The notes beneath the pieces were generated by a model, which did no database searches, was not told where the DNA came from, and saw only the letters and a program-made list of their open reading frames with translations. Made by a program: the position numbers and the translations under genes. This document shows positions 53,901-64,000 of a stretch of DNA of 64,000 nucleotides, in pieces. The first letter of the stretch is position 1, and each line of letters starts with the position of its first letter. This DNA comes from Azolla caroliniana (lineage: Eukaryota; Plantae; Polypodiophyta): contig JBHGNT010000046.1 of NCBI GenBank assembly GCA_043228905.1, forward strand, positions 1-64,000, given 5' to 3'.

Positions 53901-54599
53901 ATTCGCATGTTTGAACACAAACATCCGATATCACACGAGCAAGGAATGAACATTTTAATTTACTCAAGGGCTCCTCTCAACTCCCTCCTAAAATTTGGTA
54001 ATTTCATCATGTCTTTCGACCTGAGTTTCAAAATCTCGATTTTTTAATTCCATAGCATAGCTAGTGCTGTTAGCTTCGATTCGCATGTTTGAACACAAAC
54101 ATCCGATATCACACGAGCAAGGAATGAACATTTTAATTTACTCAAGGGCTCCTCTCAACTCACTCCTCAAATTTGCTAATTTCGTCATGTCTCTCGACCT
54201 GAGTTTCAAAATCTTGATTTTTTAATTCCATATCATAGCTAGCGTTAATAGCTTTGATTCGCATGTTTGAACACAAAAATTCGATATCACACTCGCCAGG
54301 TATGAACATTTTAATTTACTCAAGGGCTCTTCCCAACTGACTCCTCAAATTTGGTAATTGCGTCATGTCTCTCGACCTGAGTTTCAAAATCTTGATTTTT
54401 TAATTCCATATCATAGCTAGCGCTGTTAGCTTCGATTCGCATGTTTGAACACAAAAATCCGATATCACACTAGCAAGGAATGAACATTTTAATTTACTCA
54501 AGGGCTCCTCTCAACTCACTCCTCAAATTTGGTAATTTCGTCATGTCTCTCGACCTGAGTTTCAAAATCTTGATTTTTTAATGCCATATCATAGCTAGC

Positions 54600-57500
54600 G
54601 TTGTTAGCTTCGATTCGCATGTTTGAACACAAATATCCGATATCACACGAGCCAGGTATGAACATTTTAATTTACTCAAGGGCTCCTTTCAACTCACTCC
54701 TCAAATTTGGTAATTTCGTCATGTCTCTCGACCTGAGTTTCAAAATCTTGATTTTTTAATTCCATATCATAGCTAGCGTTGTTAGCTTCGATTCGCATGT
54801 TTGAACACAAAAATTCGATATCACACTCGCCAGGTATGAACATTTTAATTTACTCAAGGGCTCCTCTCAACTCACTCCTCAAATTTGCTAATTGCGTCAT
54901 GTCTCTCGACCTGAGTTTCAAAATCTTGATTTTTTAATTCGATATCATAGCTAGCGTTGTTAGCTTCGATTCGCATGTTTGAACACAGAAATCCGATATC
55001 ACACGAGCAAGGTATGAACATTTTGTTTTACTCAAGGGCTCCTCTCAACTCCCTCCTCATGTTTGGTAATTTCGTCATGTCTCTCGACCTGAGTTTCAAA
55101 ATCTTGATTTTTTAATTCCATATCATAGCTAGCGTTGTTAGCTTCGATTCGCATGTTTGAACACAAACATCCGATATTACACGAGCCAGGTATTAACATT
55201 GTATGTTACTCAAGGGCTCCTCTCAACTCCCTCCTAAAATTTGGTAATTTTATCATTTACCCACTAGCTCTTCTCAACTCACTCCTCAAATTTGGTAATT
55301 TCGTCATGTCTCTCGACCTGAGTTTCAAAATCTTGATTTTTTAATTCCATATCATAGCTAGCGCTGTTAGCTTCGATTCGCATGTTTGAACAACAAAATC
55401 CGATATCACACGAGCAAGGTATGAACATTTTGTTTTACTCAAGGGCTCCTCTCAACTCCCTCCTCATGTTTGGTAATTTCGTCATGTCTCTCGACCTGAG
55501 TTTCAGAATCTTGATTTTTTAATTCCATATCATAGCTAGCGTTGTTAGCTTCGATTCGCATGTTTGAACACAAACATCCGATATTACACGAGCCAGGTAT
55601 TAACATTGTATGTTACTCAAGGGCTCCTCTCAACTCCCTCCTAAAATTTGTTAATTTCATCATTTACCCACTAGCTCTTCTCAACTCACTCCTCAAATTT
55701 GGTAATTTCGTCATGTCTCTCGACCTGAGTTTCAAAATCTTGATTTTTTAATTCCATATCATAGCTAGCGCTGTTAGCTTCGATTCGCATGTTTGAACAC
55801 AAAAATCCGATATCACACGAGCAAGGTATGAACATTTTGTTTTACTCAAGGGCTCCTCTCAACTCCCTACTCATGTTTGGTAATTTCGTCATGTCTCTCG
55901 ACCTGAGTTTCAAAATTTTGATTTTTTAATTCCATAGCATAGCTAGTGTTGTTAGCTTCGATTCGCATGTTTGAGCACAGAAATCCGATATCACACGAGC
56001 CACGTATGAACATTTTAATTTACTCAAGGGCTCCTCTCAACTCACTACTGAAATTTGGTAATTTCATCATGTCTCTCGACCTGAGTTTCAAAATCTTGAT
56101 TTTTTAATTCTATATCATAGCTAGCGTTGTTAGCTTCGATTCGCATGTTTGAACACAAAAATCCGATATTACACGAGCCAGGTATGAACATTGTATTTTA
56201 CTCAAGGGCTCCTCTCAACTCCCACGTAAAATTTGGTAATTTCATCATGTCTTTCGACCTGAGTTTCAAAATCTCGATTTTTTAATTCCATATCATAGCT
56301 AGCGCTGTTAGCTTCGATTCGCATGTTTGAACACAAAAATCCGATATCACACGAGCAAGGTATGAACATTTTGTTTTACTCAAGGGCTCCTCTCAACTCC
56401 CTACTCATGTTTGGTAATTTCGTCATGTCTCTCGACCTGAGTTTCAAAATCTTGATTTTTTAATTCCATATCATAGCTAGTGCTGTTAGCTTCGATTCGC
56501 ATGTTTGAACACAAAAATGCGATATAACACGAGCCAGGTATGAACATTTTAATTTACCTCCAAGCTATTCTCAACTGTCTCCTCAAATTTGCTAATTTCA
56601 TCATGTCTCTCGACCTGAGTTTCAAAATCTTGATTTTTTAATTCTATATCATAGCTAGCGTTGTTAGCTTCGATTCGCATGTTTGAACACAAAAATTCGA
56701 TATCACACTCGCCAGGTATGAACATTTTAATTTACTCAAGGGCTCCTCTCAACTCACTCCTCAAATTTGGTAATTTCGTCATGTCTCTCGACCTGAGTTT
56801 CAAAATCTTGATTTTTTAATTCGATATCATAGCTAGCGTTGTTAGCTTCGATTCGCATGTTTGAACACAAAAATCCGATAGCACACGAGCCAGGTATGAA
56901 CATTTTAATTTACTCAAGGGCTTCTCTCAACTCCCTCCTAAAATTTGGTAATTTCATCATGTCTTTCGACCTGAGTTTCAAAATCTCGATTTTTTAATTC
57001 CATAGCATAGCTAGTGCTGTTAGCTTCGATTCGCATGTTTGAACACAAACATCCGATATCACACGAGCAAGGAATGAACATTTTAATTTACTCAAGGGCT
57101 CCTCTCAACTCACTCCTCAAATTTGCTAATTTCGTCATGTCTCTCGACCTGAGTTTCAAAATCTTGATTTTTTAATTCCATATCATAGCTAGCGTTGTCA
57201 GCTTTGATTCGCATGTTTGAACACAGATATCCGATATCACACGAGCCAGGTATGAACATTTTAATTTACTCAAGGGCTCCTTTCAACTCACTCCTCAAAT
57301 TTGGTAATTTCGTCATGTCTCTCGACCTGAGTTTTAAAATCTTGATTTTCTAATTCCATATCATAGCTAGCGTTGTTAGCTTCGATTCGCATGTTTGAAC
57401 ACAAAAATTCGATATCACACTCGCCAGGTATGAACATTTTAATTTACTCAAGGGCTCCTCTCAACTGACTCCTCAAATTTGGTAATTGCGTCATGTCTCT

Positions 57501-60500
57501 CGACCTGAGTTTCAAAATCTTGATTTTTTAATTCGATATCATAGCTAGCGTTGTTAGCTTCGATTCGCATGTTTGAACACAGAAATCCGATATCACACGA
57601 GCAAGGTATGAACATTTTGTTTTACTCAAGGGCTCCTCTCAACTCCCTCCTCATGTTTGGTAATTTCGTCATGTCTCTCGACCTGAGTTTCAAAATCTTG
57701 ATTTTTTAATTCCATATCATAGCTAGCGTTGTTAGCTTCGATTCGCATGTTTGAACACAAACATCCGATATTACACGAGCCAGGTATTAACATTGTATGT
57801 TACTCAAGGGCTCCTCTCAACTCCCTCCTAAAATTTGGTAATTTTATCATTTACCCACTAGCTCTTCTCAACTCACTCCTCAAATTTGGTAATTTCGTCA
57901 TGTCTCTCGACCTGAGTTTCAAAATCTTGATTTTTTAATTCCATATCATAGCTAGCGCTGTTAGCTTCGATTCGCATGTTTGAACAACAAAATCCGATAT
58001 CACACGAGCAAGGTATGAACATTTTGTTTTACTCAAGGGCTCCTCTCAACTCCCTCCTCATGTTTGGTAATTTCGTCATGTCTCTCGACCTGAGTTTCAG
58101 AATCTTGATTTTTTAATTCCATATCATAGCTAGCGTTGTTAGCTTCGATTCGCATGTTTGAACACAAACATCCGATATTACACGAGCCAGGTATTAACAT
58201 TGTATGTTACTCAAGGGCTCCTCTCAACTCCCTCCTAAAATTTGTTAATTTCATCATTTACCCACTAGCTCTTCTCAACTCACTCCTCAAATTTGGTAAT
58301 TTCGTCATGTCTCTCGACCTGAGTTTCAAAATCTTGATTTTTTAATTCCATATCATAGCTAGCGCTGTTAGCTTCGATTCGCATGTTTGAACACAAAAAT
58401 CCGATATCACACGAGCAAGGTATGAACATTTTGTTTTACTCAAGGGCTCCTCTCAACTCCCTACTCATGTTTGGTAATTTCGTCATGTCTCTCGACCTGA
58501 GTTTCAAAATTTTGATTTTTTAATTCCATAGCATAGCTAGTGTTGTTAGCTTCGATTCGCATGTTTGAGCACAGAAATCCGATATCACACGAGCCACGTA
58601 TGAACATTTTAATTTACTCAAGGGCTCCTCTCAACTCACTACTGAAATTTGGTAATTTCATCATGTCTCTCGACCTGAGTTTCAAAATCTTGATTTTTTA
58701 ATTCTATATCATAGCTAGCGTTGTTAGCTTCGATTCGCATGTTTGAACACAAAAATCCGATATTACACGAGCCAGGTATGAACATTGTATTTTACTCAAG
58801 GGCTCCTCTCAACTCCCACGTAAAATTTGGTAATTTCATCATGTCTTTCGACCTGAGTTTCAAAATCTCGATTTTTTAATTCCATATCATAGCTAGCGCT
58901 GTTAGCTTCGATTCGCATGTTTGAACACAAAAATCCGATATCACACGAGCAAGGTATGAACATTTTGTTTTACTCAAGGGCTCCTCTCAACTCCCTACTC
59001 ATGTTTGGTAATTTCGTCATGTCTCTCGACCTGAGTTTCAAAATCTTGATTTTTTAATTCCATATCATAGCTAGTGCTGTTAGCTTCGATTCGCATGTTT
59101 GAACACAAAAATGCGATATAACACGAGCCAGGTATGAACATTTTAATTTACCTCCAAGCTATTCTCAACTGTCTCCTCAAATTTGCTAATTTCATCATGT
59201 CTCTCGACCTGAGTTTCAAAATCTTGATTTTTTAATTCTATATCATAGCTAGCGTTGTTAGCTTCGATTCGCATGTTTGAACACAAAAATTCGATATCAC
59301 ACTCGCCAGGTATGAACATTTTAATTTACTCAAGGGCTCCTCTCAACTCACTCCTCAAATTTGGTAATTTCGTCATGTCTCTCGACCTGAGTTTCAAAAT
59401 CTTGATTTTTTAATTCGATATCATAGCTAGCGTTGTTAGCTTCGATTCGCATGTTTGAACACAAAAATCCGATAGCACACGAGCCAGGTATGAACATTTT
59501 AATTTACTCAAGGGCTTCTCTCAACTCCCTCCTAAAATTTGGTAATTTCATCATGTCTTTCGACCTGAGTTTCAAAATCTCGATTTTTTAATTCCATAGC
59601 ATAGCTAGTGCTGTTAGCTTCGATTCGCATGTTTGAACACAAACATCCGATATCACACGAGCAAGGAATGAACATTTTAATTTACTCAAGGGCTCCTCTC
59701 AACTCACTCCTCAAATTTGCTAATTTCGTCATGTCTCTCGACCTGAGTTTCAAAATCTTGATTTTTTAATTCCATATCATAGCTAGCGTTGTCAGCTTTG
59801 ATTCGCATGTTTGAACACAGATATCCGATATCACACGAGCCAGGTATGAACATTTTAATTTACTCAAGGGCTCCTTTCAACTCACTCCTCAAATTTGGTA
59901 ATTTCGTCATGTCTCTCGACCTGAGTTTTAAAATCTTGATTTTCTAATTCCATATCATAGCTAGCGTTGTTAGCTTCGATTCGCATGTTTGAACACAAAA
60001 ATTCGATATCACACTCGCCAGGTATGAACATTTTAATTTACTCAAGGGCTCCTCTCAACTGACTCCTCAAATTTGGTAATTGCGTCATGTCTCTCGACCT
60101 GAGTTTCAAAATCTTGATTTTTTAATTCGATATCATAGCTAGCGTTGTTAGCTTCGATTCGCATGTTTGAACACAGAAATCCGATATCACACGAGCAAGG
60201 TATGAACATTTTGTTTTACTCAAGGGCTCCTCTCAACTCCCTCCTCATGTTTGGTAATTTCGTCATGTCTCTCGACCTGAGTTTCAAAATCTTGATTTTT
60301 TAATTCCATATCATAGCTAGCGTTGTTAGCTTCGATTCGCATGTTTGAACACAAACATCCGATATTACACGAGCCAGGTATTAACATTGTATGTTACTCA
60401 AGGGCTCCTCTCAACTCCCTCCTAAAATTTGGTAATTTTATCATTTACCCACTAGCTCTTCTCAACTCACTCCTCAAATTTGGTAATTTCGTCATGTCTC

Positions 60501-63500
60501 TCGACCTGAGTTTCAAAATCTTGATTTTTTAATTCCATATCATAGCTAGCGCTGTTAGCTTCGATTCGCATGTTTGAACAACAAAATCCGATATCACACG
60601 AGCAAGGTATGAACATTTTGTTTTACTCAAGGGCTCCTCTCAACTCCCTCCTCATGTTTGGTAATTTCGTCATGTCTCTCGACCTGAGTTTCAGAATCTT
60701 GATTTTTTAATTCCATATCATAGCTAGCGTTGTTAGCTTCGATTCGCATGTTTGAACACAAACATCCGATATTACACGAGCCAGGTATTAACATTGTATG
60801 TTACTCAAGGGCTCCTCTCAACTCCCTCCTAAAATTTGTTAATTTCATCATTTACCCACTAGCTCTTCTCAACTCACTCCTCAAATTTGGTAATTTCGTC
60901 ATGTCTCTCGACCTGAGTTTCAAAATCTTGATTTTTTAATTCCATATCATAGCTAGCGCTGTTAGCTTCGATTCGCATGTTTGAACACAAAAATCCGATA
61001 TCACACGAGCAAGGTATGAACATTTTGTTTTACTCAAGGGCTCCTCTCAACTCCCTACTCATGTTTGGTAATTTCGTCATGTCTCTCGACCTGAGTTTCA
61101 AAATTTTGATTTTTTAATTCCATAGCATAGCTAGTGTTGTTAGCTTCGATTCGCATGTTTGAGCACAGAAATCCGATATCACACGAGCCACGTATGAACA
61201 TTTTAATTTACTCAAGGGCTCCTCTCAACTCACTACTGAAATTTGGTAATTTCATCATGTCTCTCGACCTGAGTTTCAAAATCTTGATTTTTTAATTCTA
61301 TATCATAGCTAGCGTTGTTAGCTTCGATTCGCATGTTTGAACACAAAAATCCGATATTACACGAGCCAGGTATGAACATTGTATTTTACTCAAGGGCTCC
61401 TCTCAACTCCCACGTAAAATTTGGTAATTTCATCATGTCTTTCGACCTGAGTTTCAAAATCTCGATTTTTTAATTCCATATCATAGCTAGCGCTGTTAGC
61501 TTCGATTCGCATGTTTGAACACAAAAATCCGATATCACACGAGCAAGGTATGAACATTTTGTTTTACTCAAGGGCTCCTCTCAACTCCCTACTCATGTTT
61601 GGTAATTTCGTCATGTCTCTCGACCTGAGTTTCAAAATCTTGATTTTTTAATTCCATATCATAGCTAGTGCTGTTAGCTTCGATTCGCATGTTTGAACAC
61701 AAAAATGCGATATAACACGAGCCAGGTATGAACATTTTAATTTACCTCCAAGCTATTCTCAACTGTCTCCTCAAATTTGCTAATTTCATCATGTCTCTCG
61801 ACCTGAGTTTCAAAATCTTGATTTTTTAATTCTATATCATAGCTAGCGTTGTTAGCTTCGATTCGCATGTTTGAACACAAAAATTCGATATCACACTCGC
61901 CAGGTATGAACATTTTAATTTACTCAAGGGCTCCTCTCAACTCACTCCTCAAATTTGGTAATTTCGTCATGTCTCTCGACCTGAGTTTCAAAATCTTGAT
62001 TTTTTAATTCGATATCATAGCTAGCGTTGTTAGCTTCGATTCGCATGTTTGAACACAAAAATCCGATAGCACACGAGCCAGGTATGAACATTTTAATTTA
62101 CTCAAGGGCTTCTCTCAACTCCCTCCTAAAATTTGGTAATTTCATCATGTCTTTCGACCTGAGTTTCAAAATCTCGATTTTTTAATTCCATAGCATAGCT
62201 AGTGCTGTTAGCTTCGATTCGCATGTTTGAACACAAACATCCGATATCACACGAGCAAGGAATGAACATTTTAATTTACTCAAGGGCTCCTCTCAACTCA
62301 CTCCTCAAATTTGCTAATTTCGTCATGTCTCTCGACCTGAGTTTCAAAATCTTGATTTTTTAATTCCATATCATAGCTAGCGTTGTCAGCTTTGATTCGC
62401 ATGTTTGAACACAGATATCCGATATCACACGAGCCAGGTATGAACATTTTAATTTACTCAAGGGCTCCTTTCAACTCACTCCTCAAATTTGGTAATTTCG
62501 TCATGTCTCTCGACCTGAGTTTTAAAATCTTGATTTTCTAATTCCATATCATAGCTAGCGTTGTTAGCTTCGATTCGCATGTTTGAACACAAAAATTCGA
62601 TATCACACTCGCCAGGTATGAACATTTTAATTTACTCAAGGGCTCCTCTCAACTGACTCCTCAAATTTGGTAATTGCGTCATGTCTCTCGACCTGAGTTT
62701 CAAAATCTTGATTTTTTAATTCGATATCATAGCTAGCGTTGTTAGCTTCGATTCGCATGTTTGAACACAGAAATCCGATATCACACGAGCAAGGTATGAA
62801 CATTTTGTTTTACTCAAGGGCTCCTCTCAACTCCCTCCTCATGTTTGGTAATTTCGTCATGTCTCTCGACCTGAGTTTCAAAATCTTGATTTTTTAATTC
62901 CATATCATAGCTAGCGTTGTTAGCTTCGATTCGCATGTTTGAACACAAACATCCGATATTACACGAGCCAGGTATTAACATTGTATGTTACTCAAGGGCT
63001 CCTCTCAACTCCCTCCTAAAATTTGGTAATTTTATCATTTACCCACTAGCTCTTCTCAACTCACTCCTCAAATTTGGTAATTTCGTCATGTCTCTCGACC
63101 TGAGTTTCAAAATCTTGATTTTTTAATTCCATATCATAGCTAGCGCTGTTAGCTTCGATTCGCATGTTTGAACAACAAAATCCGATATCACACGAGCAAG
63201 GTATGAACATTTTGTTTTACTCAAGGGCTCCTCTCAACTCCCTCCTCATGTTTGGTAATTTCGTCATGTCTCTCGACCTGAGTTTCAAAATCTTGATTTT
63301 TTAATTCCATATCATAGCTAGCGTTGTTAGCTTCGATTCGCATGTTTGAACACAAACATCCGATATTACACGAGCCAGGTATTAACATTGTATGTTACTC
63401 AAGGGCTACTCTCAACTCCCTCCTAAAATTTGTTAATTTCATCATTTACCCACTAGCTCTTCTCAACTCACTCCTCAAATTTGGTAATTTCGTCATGTCT

Positions 63501-63520
63501 CTCGACCTGAGTTTCAAAAT
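54600..63520 (+). repeat. 14-monomer higher-order repeat (2594 bp), ~3.4 copies, each with two 229-bp monomers
   Basis: Markers 55135->57729->60323->62917 differ by 2594 = 14x178+2x51, and 55135->55542 = 407 = 178+229. Boundaries approximate. Confidence 0.9.
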
Positions 63521-64000
63521 CTTGATTTTTTAATGCCATATCATAGCTAGCGTTGTTAGCTTCGATTCGCATATTTGAACACAAAAATCCGATATCACAC
63601 GACCCACGTATGAACATTTTAATTTACCTCCAAGCTATTCTCTACTGACTCCTCAAATTTGCTAATTTCGTCATGTCTCTCGACCTGAGTTTCAAAATCT
63701 TGATTTTTTAATGCTATATCATAGCTAGCGTTGTTAGCTTCGATTCGCATGTTTGAACACAAACATCCGATAGCACACGAGCCAGGTATGAACATTTTCA
63801 TTTACCTCCAAGCTATTCTCAACTTACTCCTCAAATTTGCTAATTTCATCAAGTCTCTTGACCTGAGTTTCAAAAACTTGATTTTTTAATTCTATATCAT
63901 AGCTAGCGTTGTTAGCTGCGATTCGCATGTTTGACCACAAAAATCCGATATCACACGAGCCAGGTATGAACATTTTAATTTTCCTACTAGCTCTTCCCAA

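Larger units (their letters stand above)
9600..64000 (+). repeat. 178-bp tandem satellite array (~305 monomers, head-to-tail, one orientation, runs off the window)
   Basis: Consensus read by eye: aatttggtaatttcgtcatgtctctcgacctgagtttcaaaatcttgattttttaattccatatcatagctagcgttgttagcttcgattcgcatgtttgaacacaaaaatccgatatcacacgagccaggtatgaacattttaatttactcaagggctcctctcaactcactcctca (178 nt). Offsets between repeated track ORFs are multiples of 178 once indels are counted. Confidence 0.99.

Noticed and set aside
10425-63801. Dozens of 60-123 aa ORFs (MKLRSRDM..., MLASIRMF...)
   Set aside because: Chance translations of the 178-bp satellite on both strands, mostly with TTG/GTG starts. They were used only as periodicity markers.
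9600-64000. CRISPR-like array (constant part plus variable box)
   Set aside because: The variable segments are a few recurring alleles rather than unique spacers, there are no cas genes, and the context is a eukaryotic telomere.
9600-64000. Arabidopsis CEN178 identity or a CENP-B box
   Set aside because: Only the monomer length matches. The consensus lacks the AAGCTT-containing CEN178 sequence, and neither cttcgattcgc nor tccgatatcacacgag fits TTCGnnnnAnnCGGG with correct spacing.

Overview
Eukaryotic chromosome end. 1-5079 is a plant-type telomere, (CCCTAAA)n, which reads TTTAGGG on the - strand. It joins directly to a 178-bp tandem satellite that fills 5074-5760 and 9600-64000 and is organised into nested higher-order repeats (periods 1959, 3382, 8864, 6744 and 2594 bp). 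The only non-tandem DNA is a 3.84-kb insertion (5761-9599, - strand) about 0.7 kb from the telomere: a 5'-truncated, endonuclease-lacking Penelope-like retroelement. In sense order it has an ORF1 remnant; an A_AAA_AAC slippery site plus stem-loop that would join ORF1 to the RT frame by -1 frameshift; an intact RT ORF with no GIY-YIG domain; a pyrimidine-rich 3' region; a type I hammerhead ribozyme with a palindromic stem III; and a 3' tail with five exact CCCUAAACCCU telomere-template-like motifs. It is oriented opposite to what priming on this telomere's G-overhang would give. All other track ORFs are satellite or low-complexity artefacts. The host cannot be identified from the sequence.
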